Below are positions 30,906-40,423 of a DNA stretch of 64,000 bases, in pieces; position 1 is the first letter of the stretch, and every line of letters starts with the position of its first letter. The DNA is taken from the NCBI GenBank assembly GCA_038228545.1, contig JBBRPE010000003.1, forward strand, positions 442-64,441, given 5' to 3'. The position numbers and the translations under genes are program-made. This DNA comes from Minisyncoccia bacterium (GTDB lineage: Bacteria; Patescibacteriota; Minisyncoccia; Phycocordibacterales; Phycocordibacteraceae). Under the pieces are notes generated by a model. It made no database searches, was not told where the DNA came from, and saw only the letters and a program-made list of their open reading frames with translations.

Positions 30906-31739
30906 ATGTCTAATCTCAACAGGGCGTTGAGGCTTGCCCTCAGCGCCACCGTCGCCATGTCAATTCTGGCGAACGCGGCTAACGCCCAAAGCGTTCCGCA
31001 GGTTCCGAGTGGAGGAGCGGCATCCGTCGTTTCCCAGTCGACTTCGCAAGAAGCGGCTTCGGCCGCCTACGTCACGCTTGCGGAACGGACGGCACCTTGC
31101 CGTTCGAACGCCACCTACTGCATCGAGCCGCGTCCGGCCCGACCGTCGACCATCGACGGCACGAGCCCGACCGTCACTCCGACGGAATGGATGCGGGATT
31201 ATCCCCGTTCGGGAATGGCCGGCTACAACCGGATAGCGAGGGCGAACCAGGCCCTCTGCTCCACTGCTGACGAATACGTCGCGGGTCTCAGGACCCTCGA
31301 CCAGCTCTTCGTCAGCGCCGGAAACGAGTACCAGTTAATTCAGGACGTCTATAACGACCTTCCTGATGCGATTCGCCGCAACGCCCGAGTGATGATTGCC
31401 ACGCAAGCGGTGCAAGCCGGTCTGCTGTGCCTTCTCTCGTTCGGCACGTACTGCATCGCGGTGGTTGTCGGCGCCGCGGGCAACATCATGACTACGCACA
31501 CTAACGAGCGTATCCAGCTGACTTCGGTCCAGCTGGCGCTCGCGAACATCGTGGTCACGAAGCTCAACATCTGGTCGAATCGTCTGACGATTCGACTGGA
31601 CAACCTGTGGCTGAAGGACTGGCTTCCGAACTGCGAGGGGCTGGGGTATCACATCAACTTCACTCTCCCGCCGCTCGGCCCGCCGCCGTCGGTTCCGGAA
31701 GGCTTCGGCCAACCGGCGCTCCCTGCCGGTCACCACTAG
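30906..31739 (+). CDS. Secreted/membrane-anchored hypothetical protein, anomalously GC-rich (~62% vs ~50% elsewhere)
   Basis: Signal peptide MSNLNRALRLALSATVAMSILANAANAQS, an internal hydrophobic segment, a Pro-rich C-terminus. Third codon positions are strongly G/C-biased, unlike neighbouring genes. Confidence 0.7.
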   Translation: MSNLNRALRLALSATVAMSILANAANAQSVPQVPSGGAASVVSQSTSQEAASAAYVTLAERTAPCRSNATYCIEPRPARPSTIDGTSPTVTPTEWMRDYPRSGMAGYNRIARANQALCSTADEYVAGLRTLDQLFVSAGNEYQLIQDVYNDLPDAIRRNARVMIATQAVQAGLLCLLSFGTYCIAVVVGAAGNIMTTHTNERIQLTSVQLALANIVVTKLNIWSNRLTIRLDNLWLKDWLPNCEGLGYHINFTLPPLGPPPSVPEGFGQPALPAGHH

Positions 31740-31774
31740 ACAAGCAACCTTCTGACCCCTGGGTCACAAGGCAA

Positions 31775-31805
31775 CGCCGCACCCCTCAAAAGGTGCGGCG
31801 TTTCT
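31775..31805 (+). terminator. Rho-independent terminator
   Basis: cgccgcacc-cctcaaaa-ggtgcggcg followed by TTTCT. Confidence 0.75.
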
Positions 31806-31825
31806 ACATGCCTATGTGTGAATGA

Positions 31826-32404
31826 TTACTGACCTATTTTAACAAGCTCAACTTCAAAGATAAGTGTTGCGTTCGGTGGGATTACTCCTCCTGCGCCCTG
31901 CGCCCCATAGCCAAAGTCTGGTGGGATAACGAGCTTGCGCTTACCGCCAACTTTCATACCAACCAAGCCCTGATCCCAGCCCTTGATGACCTGGCCTGCG
32001 CCAAGCTGAAACTGGAATGCTTGTCCGTGCTTTGCAGACGCGTCGAAGACCGTGCCATCAGGAAGCATGCCGACGTAATTCATGGTGAGAACGTCGCCTG
32101 CCTTAGCTGTTGCACCTGTGCCGACCACTTCATCGCTCACGGTAAGTGTTGTCGGAAGCGGTCCTTGGATAGGACCACCATGAGCTGTGGTAGGTGCTTG
32201 AGCGGAGCTGCCGGATTGTACGGGATGACCGGATATATCGAGAGAATCGGATGATGATGCCATAGTATTTTGTGAAGCTGCGTCTGTTGTCGTGGCCGTC
32301 GTAGCGTGCCCAAATGGTCGCAAAACGCTGGGCCCCAAAAACAGGAAGGCAACCGCGACGACCACGGCGAGAGTGACGGCGACGGCTGTTGCAGTGATGT
32401 TCAT
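31826..32404 (-). CDS. FKBP-type peptidyl-prolyl cis-trans isomerase, membrane-anchored/secreted
   Basis: An N-terminal TM/signal segment and a C-terminal FKBP domain ([31 protein letters not shown]...[10 protein letters not shown]). Confidence 0.85.
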   Translation of the reverse strand: MNITATAVAVTLAVVVAVAFLFLGPSVLRPFGHATTATTTDAASQNTMASSSDSLDISGHPVQSGSSAQAPTTAHGGPIQGPLPTTLTVSDEVVGTGATAKAGDVLTMNYVGMLPDGTVFDASAKHGQAFQFQLGAGQVIKGWDQGLVGMKVGGKRKLVIPPDFGYGAQGAGGVIPPNATLIFEVELVKIGQ

Positions 32405-32414
32405 ATGCTAGCTA

Positions 32415-32714
32415 TTATTTTGTAACCGCAAGTATATCATCTGCGAGGCTTTCCACCGTCTCTGCAAGAGCGAGGTCGGCCTGTGGTACTTTTTTCTCGA
32501 GGAATTGAGCCATTTTCTCCTCGCTCGCTCCGCTCTTGACCAGTTCATACCAGGCAGCGCGCGTGGGCTCGTTCATTCGCTCTATCGTGCGCACAACTGC
32601 GCCGCGGAAGATAAGTGAGTTGAGCTCGAGAACAAACTTTTCCTGATCTTCGACAGAAAGCTCGCTGAAGTCTACGGAATCCAGTATGGAGTTGTAGGAA
32701 GTGGTAACGTTCAT
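32415..32714 (-). CDS. Hypothetical 99-aa acidic protein, distal gene of the VirB4-like operon
   Basis: It starts 3 nt after the stop of the 1120-aa ORF on the same strand. No motif recognised. Confidence 0.5.
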   Translation of the reverse strand: MNVTTSYNSILDSVDFSELSVEDQEKFVLELNSLIFRGAVVRTIERMNEPTRAAWYELVKSGASEEKMAQFLEKKVPQADLALAETVESLADDILAVTK

Positions 32715-32716
32715 GC

Positions 32717-35700
32717 TTAGCTGACTACACTACTAAAAGTACCCGGCGACGGAATGTGATTAAGTTGTGTTGCTGGGTCGGTAAGGCCGTTGAGCAAGCT
32801 CGAGTGACCCTGACCATCACCCGTGACGGTCGCTGTGTAACGGAATATTCCCTGCTCTGCCAGGTCGGGTCGTTGTGCAAACAGTGTCTCTGGATTTCCT
32901 TCCACACTCACGCGCACCGGAGTACTCTGACTCGCTGCAAATCGTTGCGCGAACGAATGCAGTTCGTCGTACGACTTACCTCCCCATGCATGCAAGGTGC
33001 CGTACGTATCAGAGTAGATATGCGGAACGCGCGAATCAACGGTAATGGAATTTGCATTTGTAAATCGCGCCGGATACTCGCTCATGAGGTTGTGGCGCAA
33101 GTCGAACGACGATGGATGTACTACAGACGAATCCGTGCCCGGCGCAGGAGAAGTTTCTGGGGGCGCCGTGGATGCGGAATCAGGAGTAGCACTCGGTACT
33201 GCGTGTAAACGCTCATCAAGTGTCATATATCCACTTCCACTAGAATCTGCAGGTGCGTCTGGTGACTGTTCGAGAGTTGGTGGCGACTCGATACCAGTAG
33301 TTGCGGACTCCGCTGCTGGAGTCTCGGAGACCACTGCTGACGTAGGTGACTCGTGTGTGGGGTGGGGTCCGTTATGATGTGCACCGGAAGCGTGCGTAGC
33401 GCGCAGTTCAACATGCGGCTGGTCATGGGTAACTACGGCACCCTGCGGTGATTCTTGCATCACCGTATAGGGGTCACCATGCGCCGGAGTGAAGGTGAGT
33501 GTATGGCCGTCAGGTGAAAGCGTAAGGGTATCGCCCGGGTGGACGAGTGCACTTGTGACCGTATGCGAAGCTGGATCGAAATGTTCAAATCCGGTGGCGC
33601 GCGCGAACTGGTCTACATTATGAAACTCAAACATCTTCTGTACGAGTGGTGGTGGTGTGCTACCGGCTGGATATTGATGATGGAGCTGACGCAACATATC
33701 GGCATACATATGCGTCGCACCCTCCCCGGCTTTAATTTCGTGATGAAAACCTCCCACCTGTGATTCGGGTGCACCCGGTGTGGCTGATTGAGCTTCAGGG
33801 GAAACAGAGTGTCCGGCAGAATCTTGCGAATGCACGTCGTGTACATTTGTATCACTTGGCGCAGAAGCATCAGGATGTCCCGGTACTTCTTGTGCATGGT
33901 GCGTACCTGCCGGCGCAATTGTAGGAGTTTCCGAATGTGTAGCGGAGTGCGCAGTTGTCGAATGAAGCTCAGGACCTCCATGTGTACTGGCGGCATGAGT
34001 CGTTACCGAGTGCTCAAGCGACGTGACGCCGTGCGGTATGTGCGAACCGACTGCACTAAAACCTTCCGCTGAGAGGGCACCTGCTCCTACGCCTGCAGCA
34101 ATACCTCCAACGGCGCTTCCGGTAGAGCGGAGTCTCGCATTGCGCTCAAGGGTTGCTGCAGCACCCTGACGACTCTTTGAGAGAGTTTCGAAGTAATTGG
34201 CATCGCGCAAATCGCCTACTTCACGTTTTTTAAGCGTTGCTTCCGCGTTCTGCGAAGATTTTTTTTGTGCAGTTTCGATACCTTTTCCGGTGAGCCACCC
34301 GCCGATACCCGCTGCACTCCACCACTTTGCATTACTCGAGAGTTTCGCGTGAGCATCTGTATCGCCCCGTTCCAGAGCCCCCTGTGCCCGTAGTCGCTGC
34401 ACGGCGCCAATAGAAGCGACGCCAAGTGCCGAACCGGAAAGGAGAGCAGCCGCACCTATGCCGCCCGTAAGCGTACCGAATGCAAATCCAGCAACACCGA
34501 GTGCGCTTCCCAAAATAATTTTTTTCTTGGGATCCATGCCGTTATAAGCCTTAAACAATTTGTCGGCCAAGTGTCGGTCTCGTAGAGCGAGTCCTTCCAT
34601 ACGTGCACGTTGCTCTGATTCCTCTGCGCCAAACACCGCTGCCTTTACTACATACATACGCTGATAACGTTCGCGCATAACCTCACCGTACTGCTTCCCC
34701 TTATTAGGACCTGCCTGAATTACCTCGTCCAGGTGACGGTCCTGTCGTGCAGCTGAGCCCCGACCCTCACGTCGTTCCTGTATGGAATCGAGAAGTGTCC
34801 GAGCGTGCATGACTCGCGTTGCGACCCACTGCCTGCGTGCAAGCTGTACCTCATCCGGGAGTTTATCTTGATTTCCTTTTTGTAATCCAAGACGTTCGCC
34901 GAGTGCACCTAAAAAGCCACGGTTCTGTTGGTGAGCTTTAAGCAAATCGAAATATGTTTCTTTATATGCTTTTTCCGTATCGATAGTCGGGTCATAGAAG
35001 TCCTTTTTAAAGGTTTCGTTGGCTGTTTGCTTAGTACTCCGACGCTCTGCACGGGCTGCAGCTTCCTGTACACTCACCGTCGGTCCTTCAGGAAGCGTAT
35101 TCGAAGCGATAACAGGTGAAGGATAGTGCGGTTCACCTGTATAGACCTCACTAGCGACAACACCGACATCTGACTGCGGAGAGTATTTATCGAGAAGTGC
35201 CTGCAACTTTGCTTTGTATTCTGCTTTTGAATTCGGGCTCGGTTCGTTACTTTCAAAGTCCCTCTTCAAAGTAAGTAAGTCCTCTCTCAGTGCGTTATCG
35301 GCAACCGGTTCTTCGTGTTCTGATTGTGCGTTTTGTTCCACCACGGCTGCACCTCCAGCCTCTGGAGAGACTGCATCAGGAGCGGTTTTCTGCTCGTCAC
35401 TTCGTAAGTCAGGCAGTGCAATAACGTCTGGAGCAGTATCTACTGAAGTAGGTGCTTCCTCGTCGAATGGCACATCTGTACTTCCATCTTCCGGAGTACT
35501 ACGGTCTGACGACTCTGGTCGCGGTTTAGTTCGCTTCTGTACTTCACGTTTTGCAATAACAGTCTGTCTCGCGAGTCTGTCTTCATGTTCCTGTGTTTGC
35601 GCTGCCTTTTCGCGCTCAAGTGCACCTTGTAACTTTCCGGCTTGATCAAGGAGCTGATCACGCTCTTCGCGCTTCATACTTCGTGCAGCTTTTCTTTCCA

Positions 35701-36079
35701 CCTCAGGGAGGGTCGCTTCTGTTTCCCGTATAATTTTTCTGTTTCGTGTCAGCTTTTGAACTGCGTCTGGCAATTTTTCACGTATATTTTTCTCCACTCC
35801 ATCCACTATCGCTTGTTCACTCGCTTCAACACGAGCACGATTGTCAGCAATTGCTTTTGCTTCGTCCTCACGCTGTTTGCGTCTATAGAAAGCAACTCTA
35901 TCCGCGCGACCAATTTTATTCGCTACTTCAGGAATCGTATCAATTAACTGCTCAGCAGACATCTCGGTCGATGTGTTTGTAGCCTTACGCACCTGCTCTG
36001 CGCGTATAGCCTTCGTTAGTTCCTTGGTCTTGGCTCCAAGTTCTTTACTTCGTGGCGTTCGTTCCATTCCTCGAGACAT
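32717..36079 (-). CDS. Giant (1120 aa) bitopic protein: charged coiled-coil N-half, central Gly/Ala-rich TM pair, His/Pro/Thr/Ser-rich low-complexity C-half
   Basis: A single uninterrupted ORF. Central hydrophobic segment ILGSALGVAGFAFGTLTGGIGAAALLSGSALGVASIGAV. The C-terminal region is rich in HxxH/TH/SP repeats (HGVTSLEHSVTTHAASTHGGPELHSTTAHSATHSETPT...). It starts 11 nt after the VirB4-like stop. Confidence 0.8.
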   Translation of the reverse strand: MSRGMERTPRSKELGAKTKELTKAIRAEQVRKATNTSTEMSAEQLIDTIPEVANKIGRADRVAFYRRKQREDEAKAIADNRARVEASEQAIVDGVEKNIREKLPDAVQKLTRNRKIIRETEATLPEVERKAARSMKREERDQLLDQAGKLQGALEREKAAQTQEHEDRLARQTVIAKREVQKRTKPRPESSDRSTPEDGSTDVPFDEEAPTSVDTAPDVIALPDLRSDEQKTAPDAVSPEAGGAAVVEQNAQSEHEEPVADNALREDLLTLKRDFESNEPSPNSKAEYKAKLQALLDKYSPQSDVGVVASEVYTGEPHYPSPVIASNTLPEGPTVSVQEAAARAERRSTKQTANETFKKDFYDPTIDTEKAYKETYFDLLKAHQQNRGFLGALGERLGLQKGNQDKLPDEVQLARRQWVATRVMHARTLLDSIQERREGRGSAARQDRHLDEVIQAGPNKGKQYGEVMRERYQRMYVVKAAVFGAEESEQRARMEGLALRDRHLADKLFKAYNGMDPKKKIILGSALGVAGFAFGTLTGGIGAAALLSGSALGVASIGAVQRLRAQGALERGDTDAHAKLSSNAKWWSAAGIGGWLTGKGIETAQKKSSQNAEATLKKREVGDLRDANYFETLSKSRQGAAATLERNARLRSTGSAVGGIAAGVGAGALSAEGFSAVGSHIPHGVTSLEHSVTTHAASTHGGPELHSTTAHSATHSETPTIAPAGTHHAQEVPGHPDASAPSDTNVHDVHSQDSAGHSVSPEAQSATPGAPESQVGGFHHEIKAGEGATHMYADMLRQLHHQYPAGSTPPPLVQKMFEFHNVDQFARATGFEHFDPASHTVTSALVHPGDTLTLSPDGHTLTFTPAHGDPYTVMQESPQGAVVTHDQPHVELRATHASGAHHNGPHPTHESPTSAVVSETPAAESATTGIESPPTLEQSPDAPADSSGSGYMTLDERLHAVPSATPDSASTAPPETSPAPGTDSSVVHPSSFDLRHNLMSEYPARFTNANSITVDSRVPHIYSDTYGTLHAWGGKSYDELHSFAQRFAASQSTPVRVSVEGNPETLFAQRPDLAEQGIFRYTATVTGDGQGHSSLLNGLTDPATQLNHIPSPGTFSSVVS

Positions 36080-36089
36080 AGCAAGTGTA

Positions 36090-38819
36090 TTACGAAAGAT
36101 AACGGGCCTTAATCATTGATTCAACTGTAGCACGGTCACGACCGTAGGTAAGGTAGGAAAGCTCACGCAAGTCATCTATTTGCGCAGGATTCCCTGCAAC
36201 GGGAGGAAGTGTCTGAATGTTAAACGGCTTTTGCGGAACACCTCCTGCAAGAATTTTTACGTATGCGTTGTAATTCTCTATCGACGTAAAATCGCCGGCT
36301 TTAAAGACCGGAGCAAACTGCTTCTCAAAGAATTCGCCGTCTTCCTGACCAACACGGAATATCGACATGGAGCCAACGTTTCCGAATACGGCGTTTCGTG
36401 TCTTTTCATCCACCTGTGAGAGGAATTGATGCGCGATAGTCAGTGAAAGTTTGTATTTACGTGCCTCGGAAAGAATGCTCGGAATAGAATCCGTCGTGAT
36501 GTTCTGGAATTCATCTATATACAGGTAGAACGGCGCAAAATCTCCACGTGGATTGTCCGCGCGTGAAAGTGCCGCCATAAAGAGCTTGCCCACAAGGATA
36601 AGGCCGAGCAGGTTTGCATTGCGCTCGCCGAGGCGACCCTTTGAGAGATTTACCAGCAATATTTTCTTATTGTCTATGACATCACGGAACTGGAAGGATG
36701 ATTGCTGTTGGCCAATGATAGGGCGCATGAAATCGTTCGCCGTGAAGTCGTCGAACTTGTTCGTAATGTACGGAACGATGTTGGCGAGCGAGGCTTCCCC
36801 TTCCGCTTGTGTCGCTATTTCATTCCAGAACTGGTTCACAATCGGATTCATCGATTTCGAAAGCTTGTAGTCTCGGAATGGCTTATTTGAAAGCACACGA
36901 CCAATGTCCATCAGCGTTGAGCCGGATGCCGGGTCTTCCATGACGAGGAGGGTGGCATTGCGGAAGTACTGCTCAAATGCCGGCCCCATACTTTCCGGTA
37001 CATCACCGTACAATCTTCGGAAAATCGCGAGTAACTCATTCACGATAAACGTTTTTTGTTCAGGACGTGACGCATCGTACTCGAGCAGATTGAGTCCGAA
37101 TGGACGGGAGATTTCAGCGGGGTCGAAATAGATGACATCCTCAAAGCGCTCCGGCGGTATGTAGGAAAGCACATCGAGAATGTCGTTTCCGTGCGGGTCA
37201 ATGAAACAAACGCCGTTGCCAGCAGCAATATCCTGGGCAATAAGCGTCTTCATAAACGAGGTTTTACCGGTACCCGTTTGTCCTATGACGTAAAGATGAC
37301 GTAGACGGTCCTCAGGAGTGAGACGTATGCTGGTCTGTACTCCACGATAGTCGTTTGCACCAAGCACAATGCCGTCTTGCGGTAGCGCAGTCGGTGCCGG
37401 TGCGGAGGTAAAGCGCGACTGCGCAAGGTGCGGACTTGATTCGATTCCTTTAGGTGGGAAGTGGTACAGCGTCGTGAGCTCACGAATCGAAAGAGGCATA
37501 TCGCTTGCATCAGAAAAGAGACGGAAGGTAAAGTCACGAAAGAGTTTCTTCGCATCGCCTCGTTCTACATTCTTAAATTCAATGCGATTGCCAATAGTGT
37601 TTTCGAATTGATTAAAAGCGGCCGCTAACTCTGTTCTAATGGAATGTGCTTTTACCGCATCGGTGGAAGACACGACAATACGGATATTCGTTTCGACGAT
37701 AGGAGCCAGTATCTTCTTCTCCACCTGTTCAATCGCTACTTTGTCGGCGTGGGCTGGGTCAAGCGCTTTCTTTTGCGGACCTAAGAGTCCTATGGCTTCA
37801 CGGGCAAAATCGCCCACGAACGTTTCTGGAAGATTGAAAGCACGGGACCTATGTTCACCCTTACGGAGTTCTGCGAGTACTCGACGATAATGATCGGTAT
37901 AGTGGCTACCTCTCGGACGAATGAGTATCTGAAGCGATGCTCCTTCACCTTCCGCGTCAATCTTTGCGAACGCATTTAGAATTGAATTGAGCGGGTCATA
38001 GTCAAAGTCACCGTAGTCCTTGAGCGGCAGCATTGCTTTATCTTTTAGAGTCGCATACGCGCCAATCGAATTTCCGTCTTCGGTAAACACGTTATAGTCG
38101 TTGGGTTGGCCTTTGATGCGTGCATCAGGGAATATAGCGAGAAGCTGTTTCTCGAACAGGTCCTTCTTGCCGTTGGGCACGGACGCATAAAATTGAAGCG
38201 TTGGGGAATTTACCGGCACCGCGAGCTCGAGCGTGTAGTAGGGTGGCTCTTTAGCATCGGCTTGCTGTATGGACTGCATGCCGGAATAAAACTGCTCCAT
38301 TGCGGAAACCAATTCCTTGAGGGTTTTCGTCCGCGCATTGTTTCCTCCATCGGCTTCCGGTTCAGGAAGTGCTATTTCATAGAGCGTCATATGGAGTGCC
38401 TTCCATGTAGGCTGGCCTTCCGCAAGCCCGGTAGCCGTCATTCCGGAGATAATGTACTGGACGAGGAAACGATGGAAATCATCCTCAAGATGAGGATTAT
38501 TGAGCTTTTCAAGAACGCTGAATGCGTTCTTGATTCCCTTCTCCTCCATAATCCCGCGAAGCTCTTTAATAGTTTCGTCGTTTTGTTCCGGAGAGAGCGA
38601 GTCTGCGAGTTCGAGAAGTGCAGCGGGAGTAGCGCGATATTCGGGTGCGAGCACCGTATCAGGTGAAGTGCGATGTACCAGAATGCGCTCATGCGCTACT
38701 TCTTCGCGTGGTGCCGTCTCGCGCATCGAAGCAAGCTCAGCTTCTTTACGTGCAACTTCTGCGCGCAAATACGCAAGTTCATCCTCCGGACTAGCCAGTG
38801 GTCGTAGTGGGCCCTCCAT
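36090..38819 (-). CDS. VirB4/TrbE/TraE-family type IV secretion ATPase (AAA_10-like)
   Basis: ~910 aa. The non-ATPase N-terminal half has no TM helices. The C-terminal ATPase carries Walker A GQTGTGKTSF, Walker B FYLYIDEFQN, and TIAHQFLSQ...FGNVGSMSIFRVG motifs, the architecture typical of VirB4 rather than VirD4. Start placed at the MEGPLRP Met (38819), downstream of the terminator hairpin. Confidence 0.72.
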   Translation of the reverse strand: MEGPLRPLASPEDELAYLRAEVARKEAELASMRETAPREEVAHERILVHRTSPDTVLAPEYRATPAALLELADSLSPEQNDETIKELRGIMEEKGIKNAFSVLEKLNNPHLEDDFHRFLVQYIISGMTATGLAEGQPTWKALHMTLYEIALPEPEADGGNNARTKTLKELVSAMEQFYSGMQSIQQADAKEPPYYTLELAVPVNSPTLQFYASVPNGKKDLFEKQLLAIFPDARIKGQPNDYNVFTEDGNSIGAYATLKDKAMLPLKDYGDFDYDPLNSILNAFAKIDAEGEGASLQILIRPRGSHYTDHYRRVLAELRKGEHRSRAFNLPETFVGDFAREAIGLLGPQKKALDPAHADKVAIEQVEKKILAPIVETNIRIVVSSTDAVKAHSIRTELAAAFNQFENTIGNRIEFKNVERGDAKKLFRDFTFRLFSDASDMPLSIRELTTLYHFPPKGIESSPHLAQSRFTSAPAPTALPQDGIVLGANDYRGVQTSIRLTPEDRLRHLYVIGQTGTGKTSFMKTLIAQDIAAGNGVCFIDPHGNDILDVLSYIPPERFEDVIYFDPAEISRPFGLNLLEYDASRPEQKTFIVNELLAIFRRLYGDVPESMGPAFEQYFRNATLLVMEDPASGSTLMDIGRVLSNKPFRDYKLSKSMNPIVNQFWNEIATQAEGEASLANIVPYITNKFDDFTANDFMRPIIGQQQSSFQFRDVIDNKKILLVNLSKGRLGERNANLLGLILVGKLFMAALSRADNPRGDFAPFYLYIDEFQNITTDSIPSILSEARKYKLSLTIAHQFLSQVDEKTRNAVFGNVGSMSIFRVGQEDGEFFEKQFAPVFKAGDFTSIENYNAYVKILAGGVPQKPFNIQTLPPVAGNPAQIDDLRELSYLTYGRDRATVESMIKARYLS

Positions 38820-38868
38820 ACGTTTGAGTATACGATACGAAATATCACGTAAACAGATACGTATGGAT

Positions 38869-38899
38869 AAAAAGAGACGCACATGATGCGTCTCTTTTT
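38869..38899. terminator. Bidirectional rho-independent terminator
   Basis: AAAAA-gagacgca-catga-tgcgtctc-TTTTT, symmetric A/T runs flanking a perfect 8-bp stem. Confidence 0.8.
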
Positions 38900-38911
38900 A
38901 CAAGGCGAAAT

Positions 38912-39259
38912 TTAGATTGAAGCGGACTGGCGTGTCATCATGCCGAAGAAAGCAGTCACGAGTGACACAACAATGGAAAAGAAGAATGCTGCCCAGAAAC
39001 CGTTCACATGGAAGCCAGGAACAATCATTGCAGCGAGCATGATGAGAAGCGCATTCACGACAAGTGAAAAGACCCCGAGCGTAACGATGTTAATCGGAAG
39101 AGTTAGGAGGTGGATTATCGGCTTGAAGAACACGTTAATGACGCCAAGGACGATAGCGAGCAAGGCAAGGCTAATGAGGGAGTCGTGTGTAACGCCCGGT
39201 ACGAGATATGCGGCGACGAGAATTGCTAAAAACGATACTACCCAGTGGATGAGAGTCAT
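38912..39259 (-). CDS. Phage-holin-family-4 / DUF360-like small membrane protein
   Basis: 115 aa with 4 TM helices. The pattern LVAAYLVPGV...VNVFFKPIIHLLTLPINIVTLG is characteristic of the Phage_holin_4_2/DUF360 family. Confidence 0.65.
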   Translation of the reverse strand: MTLIHWVVSFLAILVAAYLVPGVTHDSLISLALLAIVLGVINVFFKPIIHLLTLPINIVTLGVFSLVVNALLIMLAAMIVPGFHVNGFWAAFFFSIVVSLVTAFFGMMTRQSASI

Positions 39260-39334
39260 GTGTATGACGCTAATTGATAACTCCTCAAGTATAGCTCCGT
39301 ATGTACAGATTCTGAGGAAGACTGTGTAGAACTT

Positions 39335-40417
39335 CTACGGGTGAAGGAAAAAGGCAACGGCCATAATGACGTACGCAATAAGCAACTGGAACCCTTCGAA
39401 CCACGTGCTTTCTCCGTCCTCAACCACGGCATTCGTGACAAATACCGCAAAAATAATTGAGGCAAGTTCAAACAAATCGAAAACGAGATTCATGGGCTGT
39501 CCGAGGAACAAGCTAACGAGTACAAGCACCGGCGCAACGAACATAACCACCTGCGTAGCAGACCCGACCGCAATCTGAATCGAAAGATCCATTTTGTTTT
39601 TAATTGCAGCAGTAACTGCAGAGAAGTGCTCGGCGACATTTCCTACTATTGCCACGACGATGACTCCAATAAATAGCTGTGTCCAACCGAATTGCGCAAC
39701 AACTGGCGTAATCGAACCCACCAGTATTTCAGAAAGAACGGAGACCGCGACCGTAGCGCCGAGCAGAATGATAACGCTCATGCGGGCACTCCACTTCGGC
39801 GCAATGGAGCGTTCATCTTCTTCTTCGCCTTTATAGAGATGTTTGTGCGTATGTAGTGTGAAGAGGAGATTTGCACCGTACGCAGCAATCATAAGAATTG
39901 CCACGAGTACGGAGAGTGGCTCTATATTGCCCGTATTACCCTTTCCATCAGTTGCAAGAAATATGGCCGGCACCACAAGCGCGGTAGTTGCAAGAAGTAG
40001 CATCGAGCAGGCCGCTTTAGCGGCCGTCGCATTGAAGTGCTGCCGTTCGCGTTTACGCCCTCCCAAAAACATGGCGGTACCGAGTACAAACAAAAGATTA
40101 CCGAGAATAGCACCAGTGATAGTCGCCTTCGCCACTTCTACAAGCCCAGCCTGAATGGCAAAAATAGAAACGATGAGTTCAGTCGCATTCCCGAATGTTG
40201 CATTCAAAAGACCGCCAATAGCGGGATTGGTACGAAGTGCCAAGTCTTCCGTCGCGTCACCAATATATTTAGCAAGCGGAATCATTGCTGCTGCGGACAA
40301 AAGAAACACGGTCAGCGCAGAGAAATGGAAATAATCCGCAGCGAGCGCAAGCGGAGTGAGGAGTAAGAGGCCGGAAAATAGCTTGCCGATCACGCTATCA
40401 GTATACCAGGACGCCAA
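39335..40417 (-). CDS. cax: Ca2+/H+ antiporter (CaCA family)
   Basis: Two alpha-repeat motifs (LLNATFGNATELIVSIFA and GNVAEHFSAV), 360 aa, about 11 TM helices. Confidence 0.9.
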   Translation of the reverse strand: MASWYTDSVIGKLFSGLLLLTPLALAADYFHFSALTVFLLSAAAMIPLAKYIGDATEDLALRTNPAIGGLLNATFGNATELIVSIFAIQAGLVEVAKATITGAILGNLLFVLGTAMFLGGRKRERQHFNATAAKAACSMLLLATTALVVPAIFLATDGKGNTGNIEPLSVLVAILMIAAYGANLLFTLHTHKHLYKGEEEDERSIAPKWSARMSVIILLGATVAVSVLSEILVGSITPVVAQFGWTQLFIGVIVVAIVGNVAEHFSAVTAAIKNKMDLSIQIAVGSATQVVMFVAPVLVLVSLFLGQPMNLVFDLFELASIIFAVFVTNAVVEDGESTWFEGFQLLIAYVIMAVAFFLHP

Positions 40418-40423
40418 TGCTCG

